Assembly (NCBI GenBank): GCA_963765565.1 | Contig: CAVXWV010000010.1 | Span: forward strand, 197,046-261,045 | Length of the DNA: 64,000 bases | Direction of reading: 5' to 3' | From: an uncultured Chloroflexia bacterium | GTDB taxonomy: Bacteria; Chloroflexota; Anaerolineae; Anaerolineales; UBA4823 | Part shown: in pieces, positions 31,860 through 41,459 of the stretch | How the letters are laid out: each line of letters starts with the position of its first letter | Position numbering within the stretch: the first letter of the stretch is position 1 | Made by a program: the position numbers and the translations under genes | The notes under the pieces: generated by a model | Seen by the model: the letters and a program-made list of their open reading frames with translations, nothing else | Database searches by the model: none | Told to the model about the DNA's origin: nothing

Positions 31860-32546
31860 ATGAAAATCGGCATTGTAGGCGCATCTGGAAAACTGGGCAA
31901 ATACATGGTGCAGCACGCGCTTGACCGGGGCTATGAGGTGGTCGGGGTCTGCCGGGAGCGCAGCGTGAACAAACTCGAAGCCTTCAAAGGACGCATCACT
32001 GTCATTCCTGGCGCGACGAACGATCGTGAGGTGATCCAGAAGGCGGTCGCCGGATGTGATGGAGTGCTTACCGTGCTGGTCCCGTGGGGTAATCAGCAAT
32101 ACGCATCAGGAACAGCCCAGGCGGTTCTCGACAATGCCAGACCTGGAGCGCGCCTGATCTTCTCCTGCGGTTGGCATATCACCCGGGATGGCCAGGATGT
32201 GTACCCGCCATCCTTAGCAAGAGAGGAGAAGATCGTCCGCTGGCTCACGCGGATTGCTCCCTTTGTGGATATTGACGACCAGATCGAAGCCTGCCGGCGG
32301 ATATTTGCGAGCGACACCCGCTGGACGGTTGTGCGCGGCAGCGATCTTGAAGAAGGCGAGAGCCAGGGTTTGCCCGTGTGGAGTTGCCATGTAGGCGATC
32401 CCGTTCTTGCTAGCAATATCACCCGCCGGGTGGACTATGCTTTGTTCATGGTCGAGGCGCTTATGAACGACGCCCTCATCCACGAAGCCCCGGCAATTGT
32501 CGGCTGCCGGACAGCTTCGGCGCAGGCTCATGCCTCAGCTCAATAA
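31860..32546 (+). CDS. NAD(P)H-binding atypical SDR (NmrA-like)
   Basis: 228-aa ORF with the N-terminal Rossmann motif MKIGIVGASGKLGKYMV. Confidence 0.7.
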   Translation: MKIGIVGASGKLGKYMVQHALDRGYEVVGVCRERSVNKLEAFKGRITVIPGATNDREVIQKAVAGCDGVLTVLVPWGNQQYASGTAQAVLDNARPGARLIFSCGWHITRDGQDVYPPSLAREEKIVRWLTRIAPFVDIDDQIEACRRIFASDTRWTVVRGSDLEEGESQGLPVWSCHVGDPVLASNITRRVDYALFMVEALMNDALIHEAPAIVGCRTASAQAHASAQ

Positions 32547-32784
32547 AGTGGAAAAGTGTTGCCCGTTCATCGCCTATCCACCTGGCCTGGCCAACCCTGA
32601 CCAGGCGGATAAAACTGACTCCCCGTGGCGGGGGAGTTTTTATGAAGGGTACTGCCATCCGGCTGGCCAGAGAATTGTTTTGCAGCCTTGATAATTGTGT
32701 TGTGGGGCTGCTGACAGGCGTTTATAATGAGAAGACCAATCATCTCGCGGCGTGGGGCGCGAGTGAACTCAGGAGAGTAAGCCA

Positions 32785-33158
32785 ATGACAACCTGGACGA
32801 AAGATGAGCTCAATAAAGTCGGAAAGGCCGAAGAGTTACAGATTGCCTCCCTCCGCCGGATGGCACGCTGCGCAAGCCGGTGATCATCTGGGTCGTGCGC
32901 CTCGGCGACGACCTCTACGTCCGGTGTGTAAACGGGCGCGCCGGAGCCTGGTTCCGTGGAACGCTAACGTGCCACGAAGGTCGTATCTGGGCTGGAGGCA
33001 TCGAAAAAGACGTCATCTTTGTAGAGGAGACCGATCCCGGCATGAATGAAAAGATTGATGCCGTCTACCTCACCAAGTACTCCCGCTACCCGCAGGATGT
33101 TGCTCCGATGGTCACCCCCGAGGTGCGCGCAGCAACGATCAAATTGGTACCGCGCTGA
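32785..33158 (+). CDS. DUF2255-family protein, one frame break near 32855
   Basis: ATG 32785 after aggag gives MTTWTKDELNKVGKAEELQIASLR. This continues in track ORF 32880..33158 (IIWVVRLGDDLYVRCVNGRAGAWFRGT...ATIKLVPR). Confidence 0.6.
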
Positions 33159-33163
33159 CAGCG

Positions 33164-33283
33164 TCCACCATCGGGGCAACGCAGATCACGCATCTGGAAG
33201 ATACCGTCGGTGGGCTGTCTGTAAAACTAACTTCTGAAGAGGTCTCATACCTGGAAGAGCTGTTAGTGCCGCCCCTGAAATAG
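33164..33283 (+). pseudogene. C-terminal 39-aa remnant of an aldo-keto reductase
   Basis: STIGATQITHLEDTVGGLSVKLTSEEVSYLEELLVPPLK* parallels the C-terminus of the intact AKR at 19606..20589 (PIIGATKISHLEEAIGTFFVKLTPEDVTYLEEPYIP). No upstream part exists. Confidence 0.65.
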
Positions 33284-33345
33284 TATGATATCCTCTGCTC
33301 CATTGGTAAACGATCGTTATTTCAAAGATCACGAATAACTCGGAG

Positions 33346-34967
33346 TTGAGCATGAATCAAAACGACATCCAAAAAGCAATTGCAAATGGAAAGACCGTCC
33401 TTGGCATTGAGTTCGGCTCGACGCGCATCAAGGCGGTGCTGATCGGCGAGGACCACCATCCGCTCGCCTCGGGCAGCCATGAGTGGGAAAACCGCTACGA
33501 AAACGGCGTCTGGACCTACCGCCTCGAGGACGTCTGGACCGGCTTGCAGGAAAGCTACCGCAAGCTCAGCCAGGAGGTCCTCGAAAAATACGGCGCCCCG
33601 CTCCAGACCATTGGCGCCATCGGCTTCAGCGCCATGATGCACGGCTACCTGGCCTTCGACAAGGACGGCAAGCTGCTCGTCCCGTTCCGCACCTGGCGCA
33701 ACACCATCACCGGGCCGGCCGCCGAGGAGCTCACCGAGCTGTTCCAGTTCAACATCCCCCAGCGCTGGAGCATCGCCCACCTCGACCAGGCGATCCTGAA
33801 CCAGGAACCGCACGTCAAGGACATCCGCCTCCTGACCACGCTGGCCGGCTACGTCCACTGGAAGCTGACCGGGCAGAAGGTGCTGGGCGTGGGCGAAGCC
33901 TCGGGCATGTTCCCCATCGACAGCCAGACCAACGACTACGACGAGCGCATGCTCGACCTGGCACAACCAGCGCTTTGCTGCGGCGAGGATCCCGTGGCAG
34001 CTCCGGGACATCCTGCCCAAGGTGCTCGTGGCCGGGCGAGCCGCCGGCGTCCTCACCGCGCGAAGGCGCAAAGCTGACTCGACCCCAGCGGGCAGCTGCA
34101 GGCGGGGATCCCGCTCTGCCCGCCCGAGGGCGACGCCGGCACCGGCATGGTCGCCACCAACAGCGTGGCCGCGCGCACCGGCAACGTCTCCGCCGGCACC
34201 TCCGTCTTTGCCATGATCGTTCTGGAAAAGCCGCTCTCGCAGGTCTACCCCGAGATCGACATGGTGACCACGCCCCGCGGCAAGCCGGTGGCCATGGTGC
34301 ACAGCAACAACTGCACCTCCGACCTCAACGCCTGGGTCGACCTCTTCGGCGAATTTGCCGAGGCGCTGGGGGTGGAGGTCAGCCAGTCCAAGCTCTTCGA
34401 AATGCTCTACCGGCAGGCGCTCAGGCGGTGACGCCGAGGGCGGGCGGCCTGCTGGCCTACAACTACTTTTCCGGCGAGCACATCACGCACCTGACCGAGG
34501 GCCGCCCGCTGTTCGTGCGCACGCCCGAAAGCCGCTTCACGCTCGCCAACTTCATGCGCGTCCACCTGTTCTCGGCGCTCGGCGCCTTGAAGATCGGCCT
34601 GGACATCCTCTTCGACAAAGAGCAGGTGAAGATCGACCAGATCCTCGGCCACGGCGGCTTCTTCAAGACCCCGGAAGTCGGTCAGAAGGATCATGGCCGC
34701 GGCCATGAATGTCCCCGTCTCCGTGATGGAGACCGCCGGCGAGGGCGGCGCCTGGGGCATCGCCCTGCTGGCCGCCTACATGCTGCGCAAGGCAAAGGAT
34801 GAGCCCCTGGAAGCCTATCTCTCCAATAAGGTCTTTGCGGGCGAAAATGCCGGCTGACCATCGCGCCCGATCCGGTGGACGTGGCCGGCTTCGCCGCGTT
34901 CATGGAACGCTACAAAAAGGGACTGCCCATCGAAAGGGCTGCCGTCAAGTCTATGGCCGCGGCTTGA
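33346..34967 (+). pseudogene. FGGY-family carbohydrate kinase (xylulokinase-like), at least four frame breaks
   Basis: N-terminal part in track ORF 33346..34077 ([15 protein letters not shown]). Later conserved pieces: [15 protein letters not shown] (34147..34431), [13 protein letters not shown] and [13 protein letters not shown] (frame of 33483..34802), then [25 protein letters not shown] in a further frame of its own. End at 34967. Confidence 0.7.
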
Positions 34968-34997
34968 AGTCCGCTTGAGTATCTGAAGGGTTAATAA

Positions 34998-35667
34998 TTA
35001 TCTGTTAGAGTCCTGCCTGGTCTTTCCAGGCAGGTCTTGTTCGACGAGATGCTGTGCCCAGGAGGCTGCAGCCATCGTGCTTCGCCATTCGGGACGAGAG
35101 TCGCCAATGCCGGTGGCGCTCGTACCCCCATTGGATAACCTGTCCAGGAATTGCATGACCTCCTTTAGCGAGCCTTCGATGAGGTTCGCCGCTGCAGGCC
35201 TTCCTACGTCTGTGAGACCGAGTGTGGAACCCGTGAATTAACTGGTCGATCAGGAGCATTTTTGCATTGGCTGCCCTGGCTTGCGGAAAAGCTTCATGGT
35301 ATGCGCGGAAAACCTCGACAGCGTTGGCGCCAAAAAGCTGCTTACCTCGAAATGTCTGATGATACTCTGACCATAAGATTTGCCAGCCGCAAACTGCGCA
35401 GGCAATGAGCTCGTCCTTTGAGCTGTTATCCTGTGAGCTGTGATCCATACATTCAATGGTTGTCTTACAGGATGGACACTGCACGTGACCATGATGCGCA
35501 GCCGTAACCGCCAGGATGCTGTCGCAGCGATCCCAAAGCGCCCAGCCCACGGAGTCGATCATCTCCGGATCGACAATCCCTTGAGCGTCTGTTTCATACA
35601 GGCGTTGAATTTTCGCCCGGGGCACTTTTGACGCCCAACGAGGCATACCCTCAGGTGGATTGCTCAT
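34998..35667 (-). CDS. Hypothetical protein with CxxC...CxxC zinc-ribbon, one frame break near 35235
   Basis: Track ORF 35005..35667 (HVQCPSCKTTIEC...CAVCGWQILW). After ...LIDQLIHGFHT a neighbouring frame reads more protein-like (GRPAAANLIEGSLKEVMQFLDRL) and ends at 34998. Confidence 0.45.
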
Positions 35668-35683
35668 TCAAACCATATCCACC

Positions 35684-36952
35684 TTACGGCCGAGCCAGGC
35701 TGGGCTGGCTGCCCTCGGCAAGTACCGTGACCGTCCCGTTCACCAGGTCGTAGCCGTACACCTGCTGCGCCTCGTACGGGCCGGCGCTGAAGACCAGCGC
35801 TCTGCCGTCCGAGGACCATTCCAGGTTCCAGACCGATTCGTAGCTGCCCAGCTCGCGGGTTTCGCCAGTGGCCAGATCCTGAACAATCAATGTGTTCTGG
35901 AAGCTCTCCGGGCCTCCTGGGTTGACCAGGTAGGCGATCTGCAGCCCGTCGGGGGAATAGGCCGGCAGGAAGGCGTAGCCCTGTTCGATGCCGGTCGAGA
36001 CCAGCACCTCGGCGCCGTCCACTCGAGCACGGGCGAAGATACGTTCCGTTCCCTGGGCGCTGTAGCTCAGCTGGTCGTAAGCGATCTGGCTGCCGTCAGG
36101 CGACCAGTCGTACTGCCCCAGCGGTTCGCCCCAGCTAACGTACTCCTGGGCATCGAAATCATAAAAGGCGAACGGCCCCCTGCCCTCCATGTAAACTAGC
36201 TCGTCGATGCTGATGAATCGCCCGTCCGGCGACCAGGTGGGCTCCATCAGGCTGTAGCCGTTCCCGGGCTCGACCAGGGTGCTGGTTTCGCCGGAATCCA
36301 GGTCGATGGCGAAAACGCCCTTCACCAGCGCCGGGTCCGGTTTTTCTCCGCGGGCGGTAAAGTAGTTGGGGTCCGGGCCAATGCCGTACGCCAGCAGGTG
36401 CGTGCCCGGTTTCCAATCAAAACCGGCAGGCGGGGAGTCTGGGCCCTCAAAGACAGCGCGGGCCTCTCCCGTTTCGGTGTCGTAAACCCAAAGGCCGAAC
36501 TCGTAGCGCACGCCCTCCGAGACGGGCACGCCGGCATCCCGCCGGGCAGCAATGTAGCGTCCATCGGCTGTAATTTTCGGGAAGTAGTAGCTGATGACGT
36601 CACCGCCGGCCTCAAATGGGGCCGCGTCGCTGGTCATCTGGCGCGGGGGACCGCCGGAAGCGTCCGCGATCCACAGGTTGCCGTCTGCCCCAATGAAGGC
36701 AAAGGTCAGGCCCAGGTTTTCTACTGGTATTGGCTCGGATGATAGGGTCGCCGTCGGTTCCGGTGATGCTGTCGGTGTTGGCTCCTGCGCCGCCGCGGTT
36801 GCTGTGGGTTCTTCTGGTGCAGGTAACGGCTGGGCCGTGGCCTCAGCCAGTTCAGATGGGGTAGGGGTTGCCAGGTCCGCGCACGCAGCCAGGACCAGGG
36901 CCAGCAGGACTGAGAGCGTCCCGATTTTCATAATAGACGATTTTCCAGGCAT
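35684..36952 (-). CDS. TolB-like PD40 beta-propeller lipoprotein
   Basis: 422-aa ORF. Signal plus lipobox LLALVLAAC, a Pro/Thr/Ala linker, and repeated WSPDG/YSPDG blades. Confidence 0.8.
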   Translation of the reverse strand: MPGKSSIMKIGTLSVLLALVLAACADLATPTPSELAEATAQPLPAPEEPTATAAAQEPTPTASPEPTATLSSEPIPVENLGLTFAFIGADGNLWIADASGGPPRQMTSDAAPFEAGGDVISYYFPKITADGRYIAARRDAGVPVSEGVRYEFGLWVYDTETGEARAVFEGPDSPPAGFDWKPGTHLLAYGIGPDPNYFTARGEKPDPALVKGVFAIDLDSGETSTLVEPGNGYSLMEPTWSPDGRFISIDELVYMEGRGPFAFYDFDAQEYVSWGEPLGQYDWSPDGSQIAYDQLSYSAQGTERIFARARVDGAEVLVSTGIEQGYAFLPAYSPDGLQIAYLVNPGGPESFQNTLIVQDLATGETRELGSYESVWNLEWSSDGRALVFSAGPYEAQQVYGYDLVNGTVTVLAEGSQPSLARP

Positions 36953-37148
36953 GGTTTCTCCTTAAGGGTGAAAGAGTATAACCATCATGTATATAAGGCC
37001 TTTAGCCGCAATCTAGATAAATATTATCATAATATTCGGCTTTTTGCCACATAGTGAGAATGAGCATTAATCACTGGATGCAAATGAGGATTTCACTGCC
37101 CTCACCTCCAGAGATCTCGAACCAGGGCAGGTCTTGATTAGGAATTCT

Positions 37149-38351
37149 TCACTGCATTTCATCCACAAGCGCTCGAATGACATAAGTCCAGATTACGTTG
37201 GAGTCTGCTTCGCCGCCAAGGCGCACGACCACCATGTTCTTGCGCGGTGCTACATAAATAATTTGGCCTAGATGCCCGCGTGCCATGAAATCGTACGAGC
37301 CATCCGCATTTTTCAGTCCCCACCAGTGATAGCCGTAGTAGCCGTTTTGCTCTTTCCACTCTGGATAGACTTCAAAAGGCCGCGTGTCGTCAGGATCAGG
37401 GCTGGTCGATTCGGCGACCCAGGCAGCGGGCAGGATTTGCTGCCCGTTCCAGAATCCGTTGTGAAGGTAGAGCAGGCCGAAGCGGGCATAATCCACAGCT
37501 CGGGCGTTGATGCCGCTTTCCATTTTTTCGAAGCCCGAAGCTTCGCTGTCCAGGCTCCACGAAGCCGGAAATTCTGCCCCCATCGGTTTCCAGATGCGCT
37601 CCTGCAAATATTCCGCCACGCTCATGCCCGTAGCGCGCTCGATGATTAATCCTTCGAGCAGGGGGTAGAAGTTATTGTAGTGGAAAGCCGCGCCAATGGG
37701 GGTGGAACTCGGCAGGACACCGAAAGCAACCTGGCGCAGGTCAGGCGAATAATAGGTCAGGGCGTCGTCGCTGAAAGGAGCTAAAATGTCATCTTCGCTG
37801 CGGTAGCGGATACCCGTATCCATGCGCAGCAGGTTGCGGATGGTCAGGGTATCCAGACCGCGCCCGGCAATCTCAGGCACATATTGACTCACCGGGTCGT
37901 CCACCGAGCCGATGTAACCATCGGCAATCGCCGCCCCAATCATCGCCGAATCGAAGGATTTGGCGACAGAGAAGGAGGTGTTAATTGCCTTGCGGGATGA
38001 CTCGAGGTAGGTCTCAAAGATTAATTGGTCATCCTTAACGATCAGGAAAGCCCGTGTGTCAGTGCGCTTGAGCAAATCATCGAGGATTTCCGTGCGCATC
38101 TGGTCTTGATAAGGATATTCGATCTCGTAGGGGGTAGCCTGGCTTCCTCGCCCAAGTCGGGAGATGGTGTCACCTTTTTGGATTTCCCGGCTGGGAAAAA
38201 CCTGGTAATCCTGTGTGTCCGAAGAAAACAGGGTCAGCACGCGCCAGGCGTAGCCGGGTGAGTCGAAAATGCTCAAAGCTATGAACAAGGCGCTGACGAC
38301 TACAAGAACCAGCCCCAGAAATACAGGCAATATTTTTAAAATAGTTTTCAT
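37149..38351 (-). CDS. Membrane-anchored serine hydrolase (beta-lactamase/transpeptidase-like)
   Basis: 400-aa ORF with an N-terminal TM helix and the S-x-x-K motif FSVAKSF. Confidence 0.7.
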   Translation of the reverse strand: MKTILKILPVFLGLVLVVVSALFIALSIFDSPGYAWRVLTLFSSDTQDYQVFPSREIQKGDTISRLGRGSQATPYEIEYPYQDQMRTEILDDLLKRTDTRAFLIVKDDQLIFETYLESSRKAINTSFSVAKSFDSAMIGAAIADGYIGSVDDPVSQYVPEIAGRGLDTLTIRNLLRMDTGIRYRSEDDILAPFSDDALTYYSPDLRQVAFGVLPSSTPIGAAFHYNNFYPLLEGLIIERATGMSVAEYLQERIWKPMGAEFPASWSLDSEASGFEKMESGINARAVDYARFGLLYLHNGFWNGQQILPAAWVAESTSPDPDDTRPFEVYPEWKEQNGYYGYHWWGLKNADGSYDFMARGHLGQIIYVAPRKNMVVVRLGGEADSNVIWTYVIRALVDEMQ

Positions 38352-38527
38352 AGGAAGGTATATTTCTCCAGGTGCATTTATAGCCGGGTGCAGATAAAAG
38401 CACCCCCCAAAGGAGGTGAGTCTTATACTGGTCAGGTGGATAGGTTAGGGTTGCTGGTGTTGTCCCTGTGATTGGCTTAAAAACCGTCCCACTGCCAGTA
38501 TAATTCCAGGTGAAAAGGAAATTAACC

Positions 38528-39559
38528 ATGGAAAAAGGAATCCACACTCACAACGAGATTTATTCCCAGCCCGATGCCTGGGCGCAGGCGCTGGATGTCG
38601 TCAGCCAGGCCCGCCCCCGTCTGCAGACGCTTTTAAGCGCTGACTACGACCAGGTGCTCTTCACCGGCTGCGGCTCCACCTACTACCTTTCCCTGGCCGC
38701 CGCCGCCCTCTTCCAGGAGCTGACCGGGCGCATCGCCCGCGCCGTCCCCGGCGGCGAGCTGCTGCTCAATCCCCGGACCGTCCTCGCTGGAGCGGGGAAA
38801 ACCCTCCTCGTCGCGGTCAGCCGCTCCGGCTCGACCACCGAGACGGTGCGCGCCGTCGAGCAGTTCAGGCGGCAGGGAGGCGGCCCCGTCCTGACCATCA
38901 CCAATTACGGCGACCAGCCGCTGGCTGGCCTGGCCGATCTCGCCCTCGTCATCGACAAAGGCCAGGAGCATAGCGTCGCCCAGACCCGCTCGTTCGCCTC
39001 GATGTACGTGGCCGCGGCTGCCCTGGCGGCCGTGGCCGCCGGGGATGAGAACCTGCTGCGGGCGATGACCGGCCTGCCGGAGGTTGGGCGCAGGCTGCTG
39101 GCTGCCGGCGAGCCGCTGGCGCGCCAGTTTGGCGAAAACCTGGCCGTCGACCGCTACTACTTCCTGGGCAGCGGCGCTCGCTACGGCCTGGCCTGCGAGG
39201 TCAACCTCAAGCTCAAAGAGATGACCCTGACCCATAGCGAGCCCTTCCACTTCCTGGAGTTCCGCCACGGCCCGATGAGCATGGTCACTGTCAGCACGGT
39301 GGTCGTCGGTCTCCTGTCCGAGAAAAACTTCATGCACGAATCCGCCGTCCTCCAGGAAATGCAGGCCAAGGGAGGCCAGATCCTGGTCCTGGCAGAGGCA
39401 GGAGCCATGCTGTCCTTCGGCTCCGGCATTCCCGAGAACGGGCGTGGCGTCCTCTACCTCCCTGTCCTCCAGTTGATGGCCTTTTACCGTTCTTTGGCCA
39501 AAGGGTTGGACCCCGACAGCCCGCACAACCTCTCCGCCGTCATCCAGCTCGATCTCTAG
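38528..39559 (+). CDS. SIS-domain sugar-phosphate isomerase (AgaS / GlmS-isomerase-like)
   Basis: Track ORF 38510..39559; ATG 38528. Two SIS units (FTGCGSTYY...VAVSRSGSTTET and YFLGSGARYGLACEVNLKLKEM). Confidence 0.75.
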   Translation: MEKGIHTHNEIYSQPDAWAQALDVVSQARPRLQTLLSADYDQVLFTGCGSTYYLSLAAAALFQELTGRIARAVPGGELLLNPRTVLAGAGKTLLVAVSRSGSTTETVRAVEQFRRQGGGPVLTITNYGDQPLAGLADLALVIDKGQEHSVAQTRSFASMYVAAAALAAVAAGDENLLRAMTGLPEVGRRLLAAGEPLARQFGENLAVDRYYFLGSGARYGLACEVNLKLKEMTLTHSEPFHFLEFRHGPMSMVTVSTVVVGLLSEKNFMHESAVLQEMQAKGGQILVLAEAGAMLSFGSGIPENGRGVLYLPVLQLMAFYRSLAKGLDPDSPHNLSAVIQLDL

Positions 39560-39594
39560 CTGGCCAGCTCGATTTGTAGCTGGTCAGCCATCCC

Positions 39595-40873
39595 ATGAAC
39601 GAGCTTGATCGCATCGTTGCAGCCCAAAAAGCTGGCCAGCCCCGCGGCCTGGCCTCGGTCTGCTCGGCGCATCCCTTCGTCCTCGAAGCCACCCTGCTCC
39701 ACGGCCTGGCGCAGGGCTCCCCGGTCCTGATCGAAGCCACCTGCAACCAGGTCAACCAGTACGGTGGTTATACCGGGATGCGCCCGCAGGACTTCGTGCG
39801 CTTTGTGGATGGTATAGCCGGCCGGGTCGACTTTCCACGTCAGAACCTGCTCCTGGGTGGCGACCATCTGGGCCCCCTGGTCTGGGCGCACGAACCCGCC
39901 GCGGCTGCCATGGAGAAAGCCAAGAGTCCTGGTGCGCGACTACGCCCTGGCCGGCTTCGGCAAGCTTCACCTCGATTGTTCATTGCCCTGCGCTGACGAC
40001 CTGGATTTACCGGTTGAAACCGTCGCCCGCCGGGCGGCGGAACTCGCCGCAGTTGCCGATTCTGCCTGTATCGATACAGGCTTGCCGCTGCCGCGCTACG
40101 TCATCGGCACCGAGGTCCCGCCGCCCGGCGGCGCCAGGGTGGGGGAGGGCGAGCTCGCTATAACCAATCCCGCCGACGCCGCCCAGACGCTGGAATTGAC
40201 CCGCCAGGCGTTCAACGACCAGGGACTCGAGCCTGCCTGGGAGCGCGTCATCGCCCTCGTCGTCCAGCCCGGCGTCGAATTTGGCGGCGCCGACATCCAC
40301 GAGTACGACCGGGCCGCTGCTGCCGGTCTGGCCGGCTTCATCGAAACCGTTCCAGGCCTGGTCTACGAAGCCCACTCCACCGACTACCAGTCCCGTGCCG
40401 CGCTGCGTGCCCTCGTCGAGGACCATTTCGGCATTCTCAAGGTCGGCCCCTGGTTGACATTTGCCTTTCGCGAGGCCGTTTTCGCCCTGGCAGAAATGGA
40501 AGAAATCCTGGTTGAGGCCGAGACCTCCCAAGTTCGCGCAGTCCTGGACAGGAGAATGCAGGAAAATCCCGCCCACTGGCACAAGCACTACGACGGCTCG
40601 CCCCGTCAGCAGCAGATGACTCGCTTTTACAGCTTCAGCGACCGCATCCGCTACTATTGGACTGATCCTGAGGTCCAAGCCGCTTTTAAGCGGCTGCTGG
40701 ATAACCTTGGCAAGGCGCCCTTGCCTTTATCGTTGCTCAGCCAATATCTGCCGCGCCAGTACGAAAAAATCCGTGGCAGTAAAATCAAAAACCAGGTGCG
40801 TGCGCTCCTCCTGGACCGTGTTACCAATGTGTTAGATGATTATGCTTTCGCTTGCGGGAATGATCTTGTTTAG
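39595..40873 (+). CDS. GatZ/KbaZ/AgaZ-family tagatose-bisphosphate aldolase subunit-like protein, one frame break near 39920
   Basis: Track ORFs 39595..39996 ([14 protein letters not shown]...[17 protein letters not shown]) and 39857..40873 ([12 protein letters not shown]...EAHSTDYQ...[10 protein letters not shown]). Confidence 0.75.
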
Positions 40874-40918
40874 AAGACAATCAAAGAGTAAAGCCAGAGA
40901 TCTTTCAGGCATTTGAAC

Positions 40919-40962
40919 GTGGGGCTGGTCCCCACCGTGGGTTCTAATCCCACCCTCTCCGC
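40919..40962 (+). repeat. Direct repeat of the 3' 44 nt of tRNA-Ser (att-like)
   Basis: gtggggctggtccccaccgtgggttctaatcccaccctctccgc matches 19328-19371 at 42/44 positions, in the same orientation. Confidence 0.85.
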
Positions 40963-41459
40963 AGGTCGGAAGATCCTCGTAGCAGCAAAAGCTGCACATT
41001 ATCGCCAGCCTCAATCGTTTGGTGATATGGTCCTAACCGACCGAGGGCTTACGACAGAGATCGTTCAGTTCCAGCTGAGCGATCTCACTTTTAAGGTGCA
41101 TACTCCTCATTATATATACTCATCTGCTCTCGTCAAGGTCTTGTGGGACATCTGCAGCACGATTTCGACACCGACACTCACAAGTCCGATATCTTTTTCT
41201 ATGTCACCAATGTCCAATATTCCCATATCTTCCCTGGTCCAGCGTCAGCTGTCTGTCTATCCATCAGCCGGAAGAGAATCTCGTAGTCCGGATTGACCTT
41301 CACCCACACTATGCGCTTTGTGTTGAAACGGTTGTAGAAACGTAATGCAGTTTCAACCCAATGATGATGCATTCGTGAACATAACCAGGGCTGGTCTGGG
41401 CGGTTTTTCAGATACTTTTATTAAAGTCCATTAGATGTGATTTATCTTATAATTGATCT

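Larger units (their letters stand above)
19374..40962 (+). mobile_element. Putative decayed tRNA-Ser-associated genomic island
   Basis: Bounded by an intact tRNA-Ser and a 42/44 direct repeat of its 3' end. Patchy base composition by eye and several gene remnants. No integrase found. Confidence 0.35.

Noticed and set aside
33483-34802. 439-aa Arg/Pro/Gly-rich ORF on the plus strand
   Set aside because: It is mostly an out-of-frame reading of the FGGY kinase gene. Only the stretch around 34440-34690 carries real kinase sequence. It is not an independent gene.
40880-40962. Possibility that the tRNA-Ser fragment is a complete second, decayed tRNA gene
   Set aside because: The upstream sequence shares only short strings with the 5' half (agag..gccagag) and is about 10 nt too short to form D and anticodon arms. 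An att-type 3' repeat is the simpler reading, though a pseudo-tRNA cannot be excluded without a covariance-model scan.
40913-41296. 127-aa plus-strand ORF starting over the tRNA-Ser fragment, and a 57-aa minus-strand ORF at 41199..41372
   Set aside because: The first begins inside the tRNA-derived repeat and has a low-complexity Ser/Thr/Pro-rich translation. The second (MHHHWVETALRFYNRFNTKRIVWVKVNPDYEILFRLMDRQ...) has no recognisable family and breaks off. I looked here for an integrase remnant and could not support one.
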